Below, one piece after another: positions 42,871-54,268 of a stretch of 64,000 bases of DNA (position 1 is its first letter; each line of letters begins with the position of its first letter). The notes beneath the pieces are model-generated. The model was not told where the DNA came from and did no database searches. It was given only the letters and a program-made list of their open reading frames with translations. The stretch lies in contig JAPMXV010000053.1 of the NCBI GenBank assembly GCA_026936335.1, forward strand, positions 124,001-188,000, in the 5' to 3' direction. This DNA comes from Mantamonas sphyraenae STR306. Taxonomy: Eukaryota; Protista; CRuMs. Position numbers and translations under genes: made by a program.

Positions 42871-44191
42871 ATGTCCTTCTGGCGCAATGTCACCTGGGGA
42901 CTCCGTGGAGCGAACAACTACACAAAGGGTGCCTTTGAGGATAAGGCCAAGAACTTTGAAGCCGCCGACATGGAGGTCGACCGCACAGGCAAACTGATGA
43001 TCGTACGTGCGCATTGGCAGGGAGAATTGCTATCCAACTGCGTGGTGGGCCTCATGGCCGCTGCATTCTCTTTCTTGGGCGTTGCATGACGGATTCCGGC
43101 GTGGCCGGAGGCTTTTTCGTGAATCCGCCGCCAGCTGACACGTCGCGGAAAACATCCATGTCCCGGGTGTACAGGTTACGGGTGCCAACTCGGGCATTGG
43201 CATGGAGACAGCCATGCGGATGGCGGAGCGCGGTGCCACTGTGTTCATGCTGTGCCGTTCGCGAGAGCGAGGCGTGGAGGCGCAGCAGCAGATCATCGCC
43301 GAAACGAAGAACGAGCGTGTCTACCTGCATGTGGTGGATCTGAGCAGCTCCAAGCAGATCCGATCGTTTGCAGAGCAGTTCAACAAAGAGGTTGGTGCGC
43401 TGCATGTGCTGGTCAACTGTGCGGGAGCCATGGTAAACGAATTCACCACCAACGACGAGGGTCTGGAGGTCAACTTTGCCATCAACACCATGGGCACGTT
43501 CCTTCTCACCAGTTTGCTGCTCCCGTCGTTGCGCAAGGGCGCTGTGATGACCCGTGCCCCGGAACTGGTCATGGAAAGTGGCGAGGAGGCCCCGGCGTAC
43601 GAGGGCAACCCCGAATGGCCGGCCGAACCGTCGCGTGTGATCACCGTGAGCAGTGGAGGCATGCTCACCGAAAAGCTGAACCTGGACGATGTCAACAGCG
43701 AAAAGATGAACCCGTTTGACGGCACCAAGGCCTACGCACGCAACAAGCGCCAGCAGGTGGCCCTGACAGAGGTGTGGCAGGATCGCTACGGCGGCGATGA
43801 GCTCATTTTCAACTCATGTCATCCCGGCTGGGTCGACACGCCGGCCGTGAAGAACTCGATGCCCGACTTCTACAAATACATGAAGGAGAAGCTGCGGACG
43901 CCCGAACAGGGTGCAGACACGGTGGCATGGTTGGCATTGGCTGATGTGGACAAGCAAGAGCCTGCCTCCTTCTACGAAGATCGCGAACCTGTCGACAAAC
44001 ACCTTCTTTGGTCCAACACCGCCTACGAACAGGAGGACATGGACAAGCTCTTCCAAATGTGCTGCGAGATTGCAAATTGGGATGAGTCTCAGATCGAGAG
44101 TGACACGGCAGAGCTCAACCCAGAGCTGCCCCGCATCACCATCTCCACAGCCTCCACCCTGCAAGCCCAGGAGGCCGAAGGGGACATGTAA
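42871..44191 (+). CDS. DHRS12: Short-chain dehydrogenase/reductase, DHRS12-like
   Basis: Intron 43003-43174 gives MI|VTGANSGIG. Also VITVSSGGML, YARNKRQQV, HPGWVDTP and LRTPEQGADT. Confidence 0.9.
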
Positions 44192-44196
44192 ATCTT

Positions 44197-46431
44197 TCAT
44201 TGTTCATTCTCATCAGTATCCTCACGTTCATCACTGCTGCTCCCCCCACTGCTGCTTTCCTCACCCGAGGCGTTTGCGATGAGTTCATCCAGCAGATCCA
44301 CCCCCGGCGCAGGAGTTTGCCCACCGTCGTCATCCGAGCTGTCGTCGCCATTGCCGCCCGTGTATCCACTGTTGACCAGGATGCGAAACAGTCGCATGAG
44401 TGTCAACCTACTCATGCGCTGTGGCATGCGTCCCTGAGTCTTTTCCCATCGAAGTTCCTCCGTCGCCTCCACTCCGGCTTCCGTGTCGATTGGTTGCCAG
44501 ATTTTGATTGTGTTGTCGATGCCACACGAAGCCAGCATTTCACCCGTTGGATGTGCCACCACCACGTTGCATACGTCGTTGTCTGCCTCCAAACGTCGCA
44601 GCAGCTCCTGCGAATCCCGGTCCCAGATCAACAGCTCCCCGCTGTCGCTCCCGCTCACCACATACTGGCTACGGTTGCCCAAGAAGGACACATCCTTCAC
44701 CGTCATCCTGTTGATGTGTCCTGCATAACTGGCTGTGTATCGGATTTCCGAGAAGGGTCCCGGTGCATCGTCTGCATCCTCCTCGGCCTCACTTTCGCCC
44801 TCATTTTCGGGCAACTGGCCTTCCGACACAATGGTGAGCACGACGTCATCGTCCATCTGTCCTCCTCCTTCAGCATCCTCTTCAGAGGGTGCACTTGTAC
44901 TGCTCTCCACGGCCATGGACGACTCTTGTACATCTGCCGACTCCTGCTGCTGCCCCACCAACTCGACATCCTCATCATCCCCTTCCTCCCGTTCCTCCTC
45001 CTCCTCCTCCTCCCCTTCCTCCCCTTCCTCCCCTTCCTCCTTCCCATTCCTCTGGCTCTGTGTCTGTTCAAGTCGCATGCGCTTGGCATCCGTTTCCGTG
45101 GTCGCTTCTTCCCTCTCATCCTCGTCTCCAGACAGCTCGCCGCGTTTCCGGCCACCTCCTGCGCCGCCATCACTGCCCCTGCTTTCCTGTGTGCCAGCAA
45201 CGCTACCCTGTGTGTCCTCATCCCCTTGGCCATCATCCTCCTCCTCTTCCTCATCCTCATCTCCACCCTCTTCACCCAGGTCCTCCACACTGACGACCAC
45301 CACATTGCCTTCCCCCTCTTCCTGTCCTTCAAACACAAACAGTCGCTCTTCGTCTGCGTCACCCAACACCCCCACAGCTCCGCCGCCGTCCTGTGCGTTG
45401 TCTCCACTGGCACGTCCTGCTCCCTGTTGCTGCTGTGCTTCCCTTGCGTTCTCCCGTGCCTCCAAGGCCAGGATGGCATCCACGTCCGAGTCGCTGATGT
45501 GATCTGCCTCGTCGTCGCTGCTGTCGTCGCTGTCGCTGTGTTCCACATTGTGTCGTCCACGCATCCGCGTGCGCTGGTCAAACTCCAACACGGTGGGATG
45601 TGTGGCCAGGTCTGTGTGGACGTCAAACAGATACACATCATCGTCCATGATGCTGGCCAGCACATAGCGTCCGTCGACGCTCCAGTCGCAGCCGGAAATG
45701 TGGACGTGCGAGGAGAGCAGCAAACGCGAGACGCCAAACACGCCGACGGGTCGCATGCGTCGCTCGTGTGGCATTCGACACAACGTCAGCTTGCGCCGAT
45801 CAAACATGTGTACGAAGCGGTTGTGGCCGCAGACGACAAACTGCTGGGGGTTTGCCGGATTCACAGCCAGTCCGTTGAGCGAGCCCAATCCACCAGCAAG
45901 CATGTTGCAACACAACGATTGCCGTTGGCATTGGTGTCCCTCACGGATATCAAAGAAGCGTACGGAGCCGTCCTCGGCGCAGGAGAGAAAGGTAAAGGTG
46001 TCCAGCGGGGCCAGGCGTTTCACACGGTCGCTGTGGCACTCGTAGCACTCAATTTGGTTTTGTGCTGTGCCCACGTCGAGGTTGGTGAAGCGTACGGTGT
46101 GGTCACCGGCACAGCTGATGACGTACTGGTCAGTAGAGTCTGGCAGGAACTTGGCACAGAAGATGTTGGCCAGGTGACCCGTGCGCCAGTAGAGACGCAT
46201 GCGTGGCAACTGCTGGTCGACGTCCCACAGACCCAGGCATGTGTCATCCGATCCACTCAGCATGCGTGTGCCACTCTGGTTGAATGCCAGCGCGTTGACG
46301 CAGCCGTCGTGCAGCTGCAACTCTTTCACAAAGGCCATCCTTTGCACAAGAGAAGTCTCCCACGCAAGCTCCGCCACACGGCCATCCCATGCACCCCGTT
46401 CACGTGCATTCACCTTGTCGTACAGAGACAT
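44197..46431 (-). CDS. DCAF8/DCAF6/WDTC1-like WD40 CRL4 substrate receptor with long acidic insertion
   Basis: HDGCVNAL..LSGSDD, TGHLANIFCAKFLP, HSDRVKRL, YAGHINRMTVKDVSF..SGSDSG..IWDR, CGIDNTIKIWQP. Confidence 0.88.
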   Translation of the reverse strand: MSLYDKVNARERGAWDGRVAELAWETSLVQRMAFVKELQLHDGCVNALAFNQSGTRMLSGSDDTCLGLWDVDQQLPRMRLYWRTGHLANIFCAKFLPDSTDQYVISCAGDHTVRFTNLDVGTAQNQIECYECHSDRVKRLAPLDTFTFLSCAEDGSVRFFDIREGHQCQRQSLCCNMLAGGLGSLNGLAVNPANPQQFVVCGHNRFVHMFDRRKLTLCRMPHERRMRPVGVFGVSRLLLSSHVHISGCDWSVDGRYVLASIMDDDVYLFDVHTDLATHPTVLEFDQRTRMRGRHNVEHSDSDDSSDDEADHISDSDVDAILALEARENAREAQQQQGAGRASGDNAQDGGGAVGVLGDADEERLFVFEGQEEGEGNVVVVSVEDLGEEGGDEDEEEEEDDGQGDEDTQGSVAGTQESRGSDGGAGGGRKRGELSGDEDEREEATTETDAKRMRLEQTQSQRNGKEEGEEGEEGEEEEEEEREEGDDEDVELVGQQQESADVQESSMAVESSTSAPSEEDAEGGGQMDDDVVLTIVSEGQLPENEGESEAEEDADDAPGPFSEIRYTASYAGHINRMTVKDVSFLGNRSQYVVSGSDSGELLIWDRDSQELLRRLEADNDVCNVVVAHPTGEMLASCGIDNTIKIWQPIDTEAGVEATEELRWEKTQGRMPQRMSRLTLMRLFRILVNSGYTGGNGDDSSDDDGGQTPAPGVDLLDELIANASGEESSSGGSSSDEREDTDENEQ

Positions 46432-46460
46432 TGCGAGAGTGCGTTGTGTGTGTGTAATGC

Positions 46461-46487
46461 GTGTGTGTGTGTGTGTGTGTGTGTGTG
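46461..46487. repeat. (GT)n microsatellite in the divergent promoter between the DCAF8-like and SET genes
   Basis: About 13 perfect GT units. Confidence 0.95.
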
Positions 46488-46552
46488 GATGCGTTTGCTT
46501 GAATCGTCCGTCGCTCCGGCCCCCAACACATCCCTTTCCGCTCGTGGTTGGC

Positions 46553-47579
46553 ATGTCGACGCAGGACTGGTGGCAGGCGACAGGGGATACCAAGTACGAG
46601 GTGAGGTACACGACGCTGCAGCGGGTGATTGACCGCTATGTGGTGCCGCAGCTGGGCAAGGCGTGGAATGCCGAGGCGTTGCAGGGCGTGAGCCGAGTGC
46701 GGGTGCAAACGCTGGCCACACAGGGGACGATGGGAAGCAGCAACGCACAGGGAAAGGCAACAGGGGACCAGGAGGGGTTGGATGGGACGCAGCAGGGCGA
46801 ACCCTTGTGTGTGGTGGCGGCTGAGGACGTGTCTGAAGCCGGGCAGGTTCTGATGGAGGTGGTTGGACAGGTGGTGCCGGGGGAAGAGCTATTGCTGGCG
46901 AATGCAGAGCATGGAGTGGCCATGCCACACACCATTCTACTTTCTGCCCCTGGGGTGTGGGACAAGCAGGCGAAAGAGCACGCAGAGGAGCAGCTGCGTG
47001 TGCTGCAGCCGACGGAAAACGGGGCAGAGGGCGGTGGTGGGAAGCGCCATTCGACTCGGCCGTCGAGCCGGAACGCACGCTTCAAGCCCAATGGAGAGCG
47101 GGTGACGGGCAGGACACGAGGCGCACGGGGTATGAGTGCCGAAGAGGTGGAGGCGGACAAGCTCAACGTGCGTTGTCGTGCGTGGTTGCCCAACGGCAGC
47201 GGCGTGTTGAGGGACGGAGGCGAACGCGAGGAGGGCGGTGGAGCAGCCGCGTTGACAGGCGGCCAGGACGGTGATTATGTTGTGTTGGACATGCGCACAC
47301 AGAGCAATGCGGCACGGTTTGTGCGAAGGTCGTGTCAGCCTAATTGCTATCTGCAACACCTGAAAACACCGTACAAGAAGTTCTTCCGGTTTGCCCTCGT
47401 GGCTGCGGAGCCCGTGCAGGCCGGACAGGAGCTGACCCTCCCTTACGAGTATCCATGGATGGCTTGGTTGGAACAGATGTCATCCGGTGTCATCCAACCG
47501 CGTGGCACATTGGCCATTCGCCAGTGTGCGTGCGGACGTGACGCATGCCCCTTGTAAGTTTGCCCCACTGGAGAGGTCA

Positions 47580-47615
<36 letters not shown>

Positions 47616-50076
47616 TCCGCATGGCTGTCTTACACTTACACACTCTCAACCACACTCGACACACACATGCACAGCAACACCATCAACGACACGCTGGAAA
47701 GCAACGGGTACACCGTGGTGGCGCACGCCGAGGTGCCACACAGCGCAACCGAGGTTCAGACGGCGCTGGGCATGTTGCCTTCGGTACCCAAGGCGGCATC
47801 GGTGAAGCGGGGTGGGGCAGCAAGCGAACGCAAACGCAAAAGAGGCGATGGCGAGGAGGGCGACGGCGAGGACGACGAGTATGTGGATGACGAAGAAGCG
47901 TTGAGCAGCAGCATGGAGGACGAACAAGCACAAGGGAGTGGCAAAGGCAAGAAGAAAGGCAAGAGGAAGCAGAAACAGAAACAGGAGCCAGAGCTGGAGC
48001 CAGAGCTGGAGCTGGAGGTTGCCGATGGTGATGGAGGGATGGATGAGGAGGACATAGGAGTGGCAGAGTGGAGTGATGTAGAGGAAGAAGAGGAGGTGAA
48101 GCCTCGCAAGCTGTCACGAGAGGAACGCAAGCTGCAGGACTATCTGCGGCAAATCGAAGAGATGGAACGGCGCAACATGACACCGGAAGAGCGCAAAAAG
48201 GCGGACGCAGAGAAGCGTGCACGCAACCGACCCCCCGCAAAGAAGCGCAAGGTGGGAGCAGGGGACAAGGGTGGAAAGGGGGGCAAGGGTGGCAAAGGAG
48301 GCAAGGGAAAAGCAGGCAGCAGCAGCAGCAGCAGCGGAGGCGGGAAATCCACCAACAAGCCAAAGTCTCCGAAAAAGAAGGGCGCAGGAGGAGCAGGAGG
48401 AAAGAGGAAGGAAGCACTGATGGAGGTGGAGGACACAGGAAAAGGAGAGGAGGACGACAGCGAAGATGAGAGGCTGTCACGGGTGCACAAGAAGAACAGT
48501 GCACGTGCAAAGCTGGAGCTGCATCTGCCGGTGGCCATGGAGGAACTGGTGGATGATTCCTCCATGTTTGAACAGCCCAAGCACGCACGTGGAGACAAGA
48601 AGGACAAGGGGAGTAGTGCACACAAGCAGGAGCCGGAGGTTTCAACACCAGCATCCGCCTCATCCACACCAGCGACCACGAAGAAGTCCTTCAAGGTGGG
48701 CAAAAAGGCATGGCTATCCAAGTTTAGCACAGAGTCACCCAAGGCCAAGATTGGGACGCCACAAAAGACCCCGCTTGTGTCGTTGCAAAGCGAAACGAGC
48801 GAAGCCAGCTTGAGCGAGGTTACGCCGAGCACGCCGACAGGGACACCCACACCCGCAGATGCGTCATCATCTGCTGCAAGCAAGTTCTCACTGGGTATGG
48901 AGGTGGAAACAAGCAGTGAGATGCCGCAGATGCAGACGCAACAGCAACCGCAGTCATACACCCAAGCACAACAGCCGCCGCAGCAGCTGCAGCAGCAACA
49001 TCAGGCACGCTATCAGCAGCAACAGCAGCAGCAACAGCAACAGCAGTCACCTCACCCACAGTCGCCATATGCAGGGCGTCAGATGAGTGGATTTGGCAAC
49101 CAGGATGTGTCGCCGATGCAGCAGCTGTTGCAGGCACGCGAGGGTCAACATGCACGAGTGCCTCCGCAGCAGCAGCGACCACAGCAGCAACGGATGCGGC
49201 AACATATGCCTGCTTGGCAAGGGCAGCAAGGGGGACAACAGCCCATGCGTCACACCCACCATGGACACACGGGAGGCACACGACAGTACCACCAAACACA
49301 GACACAACAGGGGAGCCAGGACGCACATACCACCAGCAAGGCGGGCAATCGCAAGGTCAAACACGCACATCGCTCCTGGGCAACGAACGCATGGTCAATA
49401 GCAACACCACAAACACACACAGTGGTGGAGTGTCACAGGGGCCACAGCAGCAGCAGCAGCACAACAACAACAGCGTGGACGAGGGTACCACCAAGTGCAG
49501 CCGCAGCAGCAACACCAGCGGTATGGCGGACGTGGCAGCGACGATAGCCTCAGAGGTGGTGGCATGGTGTCGCAACACATCCAATCACAGCCACAGCAAG
49601 TGCTTCAGCAACAGCAGCGTGGACATGGACGTCGTGACTCTGGAGGATTGCAGCAAGGACGGTCGTGGGATCATGGAACGCGTGTGCGGGAGAGCAAGTG
49701 GGACCGTGGTCATCAAGGAGGAGGAGGTGGTGGTGGTGGTGGGCAGAATGGGGGCAGTGGAGGTGGTGGTGGACGAATGGCCAACCAGGGTGGATACGGA
49801 TACCAGCAGCAGCAGCAACAGCAGCAGCAACAGCACGTGTCACCGTATGCACAACACCGGCAACACGGCGGGCATCAAGGCCAGCAGGGAGGCAGACATG
49901 GAGGACAGAGGGGAGATGCAGCCTTGTTGAGGCTGGCAGAAGGGGGCATGATGGCCAACAGTACGTCGAGCAGCAGTGGGTCGTCGACAGATGGTGCAGG
50001 CGGAGGCGGAGGAGGAAGCGGCAGCGGCAAGAGCGGCAGCAGCATTCGTGTGTTGGTGAACAACAAATCACGATGA
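46553..50076 (+). CDS. SET-domain protein of the Set3/SETD5/MLL5 type with Q/G-rich tail (intron 47555-47674; frame breaks near 49310 and 49460)
   Basis: NAARFVRRSCQPNC (RRSC replaces NHSC), ELTLPYEY, post-SET CAC..C, and KLSREERKLQ motif typical of Set3/MLL5. Confidence 0.8.
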
Positions 50077-50171
50077 ACGCAGTGTGGTAGAGGGGGGGTG
50101 CCAATGAATGCATTGATGATGATGAGCCCACGACATTGGCATGCACTGATGGACCCAAGGGAAGGAAAAAG

Positions 50172-51722
50172 ATGTCGTTGCAACACCAGCAGCCGACGCT
50201 GTTTGCGGCAGAGTCTCAACGCATCATGGCGGTGTTGGAGGAGGTGCAGGAGAAGATCCAGCTGCTGTCGTACATCAGTACAGACCTGGACTACACTGCC
50301 AACATTGCCAGTCTGGTTGGAGACGACGTGGCAGGATGCCTGGAGGAACAACGGTGCGTGACCAGCGACTCTCTTGAGCCGAGGTGGAAAACGCCCACTC
50401 ACACACACTCACACACACCCTCCCCACACCACACACACACACACAGGTACTATGAGCAACAGTACATGGAGCTGGAAACAGAGCGACAGAACCTGGATCC
50501 GCAGGAGGACTATGAACGGCTGCAGGTGAGTTCGGGCAAATCGAGCCGAGAGAGACGTTGGCCCACCGGCGTGAGGAACGCGCCACACACACAGAGGGGA
50601 GACACACTAACAGAAGGAGAATGGGACGTGTGCATGCACATGGAACAGGACATTGCGTTTGAGATGCGAGAGACGGGCAAGAACATGAAGAACGCGACGC
50701 GTACGCTGTGCAGGTTGCTTGTGACGGAGCCGCAGGCGACGGAGATGCTGCGGGGCATCCAGAACGTGCGGTCGCACGGCCAGCAAGTGTTCCTCAAGAC
50801 GGTGCGGGAACTGAAGGACTTTACATACAAGTCGCTGGTGACGACGGTGGACGAGGAGAAGGAACAGCAGCAGTTCTACCAGCGTAAGATGGCGGAGTTT
50901 AAGCAGGCGAGCGAAACGCTGAAGCAACTGCAGCAGGAGGCGAGCGAACTGCGACGGGAACGGGACGAAGAGACGTCACTGCGCAAGGAGGTGATTGCCA
51001 CGCTGAAGGAGGAGAACCTGAGGATCAAGAATGAGCACGACGAACGTATGGCGGCGCTGAAGAAGGACTCGCAGCTGCGCAAGGATTCGAACGGAAAGAC
51101 GTTTTCGGAGAAGGAAGGCGCCATGGCACAGCAGATCGAAAAGTTGGAACAGAAGTTGGAGGAGAAGCTGAAGGCAAACCGAGAGGTGGAGTTGCAGCTG
51201 CGGAAACGCACACGGAAGCACGAAATCGACGTGGAGGGCTGGATTCTCAAGTATGACCAGGCCATGATGGAAAAGCAGCAGGAAATCGAAACGTTGCAAT
51301 CGATCTATGCGAACGAGAAGAAACAGTTGCATGAGATGCAGGAGGCGTACTCGCAGCTGAACGACAAGCGCATGGAAATCCGACGGGAGCAGGAGCGCAT
51401 CCTGCACGAGGAACGCATGCGCAATGTGGAGGAACGACGTCATCGCATTGCAGCCTCTCGCATCCAGGCTGCGTTCCGTGCATACATGGCCAGGCACAGT
51501 CGCAGGCGCAGGCGACGACGTGGACGAGGGCGAGGCAGTCGAAGTCCCAGGCGACGCACCTCGCGTTCGTCGCCACGACGCTCCACACGTCGGTCGCCCT
51601 CGCGATCGCCCTCGCGTGGGCGTCAGAGTGCAGGATCGTCGTCACGAAGGAGTGGAGGCACACGCAGTGCAAGATCGGCACGCAGTGCGCGCTCGTCACG
51701 CTCGTCGCGATCCAGGGGATGA
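50172..51722 (+). CDS. DRC10: Dynein regulatory complex subunit 10 / IQCD (2 in-frame introns), with Arg/Ser-rich tail
   Basis: ESQRIMAVLEE, KNATRTLCR, NREVELQLRKR..EGWILKYDQAM, IQ motif AASRIQAAFRAY. Confidence 0.85.
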   Translation: MSLQHQQPTLFAAESQRIMAVLEEVQEKIQLLSYISTDLDYTANIASLVGDDVAGCLEEQRCVTSDSLEPRWKTPTHTHSHTPSPHHTHTHRYYEQQYMELETERQNLDPQEDYERLQVSSGKSSRERRWPTGVRNAPHTQRGDTLTEGEWDVCMHMEQDIAFEMRETGKNMKNATRTLCRLLVTEPQATEMLRGIQNVRSHGQQVFLKTVRELKDFTYKSLVTTVDEEKEQQQFYQRKMAEFKQASETLKQLQQEASELRRERDEETSLRKEVIATLKEENLRIKNEHDERMAALKKDSQLRKDSNGKTFSEKEGAMAQQIEKLEQKLEEKLKANREVELQLRKRTRKHEIDVEGWILKYDQAMMEKQQEIETLQSIYANEKKQLHEMQEAYSQLNDKRMEIRREQERILHEERMRNVEERRHRIAASRIQAAFRAYMARHSRRRRRRRGRGRGSRSPRRRTSRSSPRRSTRRSPSRSPSRGRQSAGSSSRRSGGTRSARSARSARSSRSSRSRG

Positions 51723-51837
51723 TGGGATGATGAAAGAGGCAACACATGGGGGGAACGGGGAAACGGGGAAGAGCAACAAGAGACAAGGAAACATGCAATG
51801 CACACATCCACACACATTGCCCAATCGGGTCTCGGTC

Positions 51838-53457
51838 TCACTTGCGCATGAGGGAAATGGTGGCAAAGGTGTCGTCGCCAGTGACCTCCTTTTCGACTTG
51901 GAGAAATCCGGAAGGACAATGTCCTCGTTCTTGGAACCGTTGTGACGGAGGATGGCATAGCCACGTGTGTTGGGGGTGGCATCGTTGCGGATGTCCAACT
52001 CAAAGTACTTGTCCTTGTGGAGGAAGGTGTACCGGGTTGTGCGCAACACCTTGTGGTCCGGATCCTTCTGTTGCAACAGACTGACGTACTCGCGGCCAGA
52101 GATGGGCCGTTCGATGGCAATGACCTCGCCGTCCACCTCCTGTTTGGTGCGGAAGTAGTACGACCACACCCCCTGCTGGCCACGACGCACAACACGCGGC
52201 TGATCCGTGCGTCCGTCCTGACGCAACAGGGTCTGTTCCACCTGGAACACCTCGTGGTTGCTGGGAATCGACAGTTTGCGCACGCTGGCCGCGTTCACCA
52301 CAAACTTCCGTTCCACATCCGGCACCTCCCCGTCCGCCAACGAGGCACCCACAATGCGACACACCGCCTGTGTGGTGCGTGCCAGCTTGGCCTGGAAACT
52401 GTCACGGTTGTCAATCACACGCATGTGCGGATGACCCACGTACATCTTCTTGACCGCCTCGTCCATGGCACGTGCCTGCTCCACCGTCTCTGTCCTCGCC
52501 GCATTGTTGGCCCGAGTGTAGAACTTCTCTGCCCCAATGGCCGCAGTCACCATGTGGATGACCCCGTCGTAGCGCTTGTCACGTGCCGTCACCGCCGTCA
52601 TCCCACGCTCCTCCAACAGCGCCTGGAACATCTCTCCACTGATGTATGCACCGGCATCCATCATGCCACGGTCACACAACAGCACACACTGTAATGCACA
52701 ACCCCAATGATGTCAGTTGGCAAGTTGCGGGTGTGTTGATTGGCTCCCTTGTCTGTTCTCCATTACCTTGCGTCCACTGGCTTTGGCAATGCGTTCAAAG
52801 GCATCCTCCTGGGCCTCCTGCATGGCAAGGAAGGCTTCTTCAAAGGCCATGAGTTCGCTCTGGTGCACCATCTCGGCAAACGACGCGCCGGCGGTGATGA
52901 GGATCGTTGGCACCTCGGGCAGGATGTACACCTTGAAGCCCTCGCCTTCCAGGCGTTTGGCCAAGGTCGACATGGCTGTGGACTTTCCTGCACAGGGCCC
53001 GCCCGTCAGCACGATCTTAAACACCTTTTTCTGTGTGTCCACATGTGTGTGTGAGACGGGAGAGGGGCAGGTTGATGACAACGTCAAAAAAAACGGGAAC
53101 CGCGTTTGCGAGGCTACCGGCTCTTTCCTCCAATCAAAAGGCACACCGCATGAAAAGGGGGAGAACGCACCTCCTCGGCGACAACGACGCCTGTACATGA
53201 TGGGATGGATTCCATGAAATGGATTGTAAGAAAGAAGGGGGCATGGGAGGGGTATGAAGGTGTCAGGGTGTCCACAGGTAATCTCCATACACACACGCAC
53301 ACACACACACGTGTTCACTCACCCTTTTGGGCCTGGGAGAAGACACCAGTGTGCGTGCTTTGCTGCTGCACATGCACAAAGTAGGCAAGGCCAGCCCCAG
53401 CGGCCACGGCAGCCACAGAGCCCACCGTTGTGGACCGAGAGCTCCAACCAGAGGCCG

Positions 53458-53489
<32 letters not shown>

Positions 53490-53608
53490 ATGGCACGCAC
53501 AGAACGAGGACTGGTACGCATCACCAACTGGGAAGTGGTGCGTGATTGATCCATGCCCACACTACGGACAATGCTTCGGACGACGTTGCGGTTGGTACGA
53601 CGAAACAT
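51838..53608 (-). CDS. TTD14-like protein (NadR/Ttd14 AAA_28 P-loop + CYTH domain) with putative mitochondrial presequence; frame break near 51905
   Basis: KIVLTGGPCAGKST, LCDRGMMD, RYDGVIHMVTAAIGAE, VERKFVV, RRGQQG. The -1 frame continues PDFLQVEKEVTGDD..MRK*. Three exons. Confidence 0.85.
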
Positions 53609-53804
53609 CTTTGGTTGACGGATGAAATGGTCGCCACATCGCATGGACGTCATCTTTTTCAGCTCAAAACCATCCAAATGCCACCTTGGCCACACATTGC
53701 ATCTGACCAGGTGAGTGACTCATGGGGATGGATGGCAGTGGCAGCCCTCACGCCACCATCCCTTTCCCCCCCCCCCACCCCACCACCACAACCACCACCG
53801 CAAA

Positions 53805-54137
53805 ATGTCCAGCGTGCACACCAACAACAAACAGGAAATCTACACAATGCCCTTCAAGGCATTGACCAAACCCACGGCACAGGAGCTGGAGGAGGACAAG
53901 GTCGAGTCCCTGATGGAGACTCTGGAAGGCGACACCCCCGAGGATGTGCCTCCCATTGATGTGTTGTGGGTCACCACAGAGGCAGGCAACCAATACTACT
54001 TTGCCATGGGAGGCTGTCACCGCTACGAGGCCCACAAGCGTCTCGGCCGCGACCAGGTCCGTGTCAAGCTCATCAAGGGCAAGCCCAAGGACGTTGCCCT
54101 CTACCTGGGCGAGGGAGTTGCCTCACAGCTCAAGTGA
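53805..54137 (+). CDS. SRXN1: Sulfiredoxin
   Basis: DKVESLM..VPPIDVLWV..YYFAMGGCHRYEAH..LYLG. Confidence 0.92.
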   Translation: MSSVHTNNKQEIYTMPFKALTKPTAQELEEDKVESLMETLEGDTPEDVPPIDVLWVTTEAGNQYYFAMGGCHRYEAHKRLGRDQVRVKLIKGKPKDVALYLGEGVASQLK

Positions 54138-54189
54138 GCGAGCGACAAGGAACGACAAGAGTCTTGTGCACACCTCTCTCTGAATGGAT

Positions 54190-54214
54190 TGTGTGTGTGT
54201 GTGTGTGTGTGTGT
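54190..54214. repeat. (TG)n microsatellite between sulfiredoxin and HAUS1
   Basis: About 12 TG units. Confidence 0.95.
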
Positions 54215-54268
54215 TGCAACTGGACGGAATTTTCCACCGCAGCGCGGCGGAAGCCAACCCGTTTTGCG

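Noticed and set aside
44200-46632. 810-aa + strand ORF, and similar long antisense ORFs (16248-18485, 38749-40326, 34190-35800, 60390-61679)
   Set aside because: These are shadow ORFs exactly antisense to real GC-rich genes, with no recognisable motifs.
47300-47360. SET domain lacking NHSC as a novelty
   Set aside because: RRSC is the known signature of the Set3/SETD5/MLL5 subfamily.
23525-50076. Functional chromatin gene cluster (two Tudor proteins, UVSSA, DCAF8-like, SET)
   Set aside because: These genes are interspersed with unrelated housekeeping genes, and such co-occurrence is expected by chance in a compact genome.
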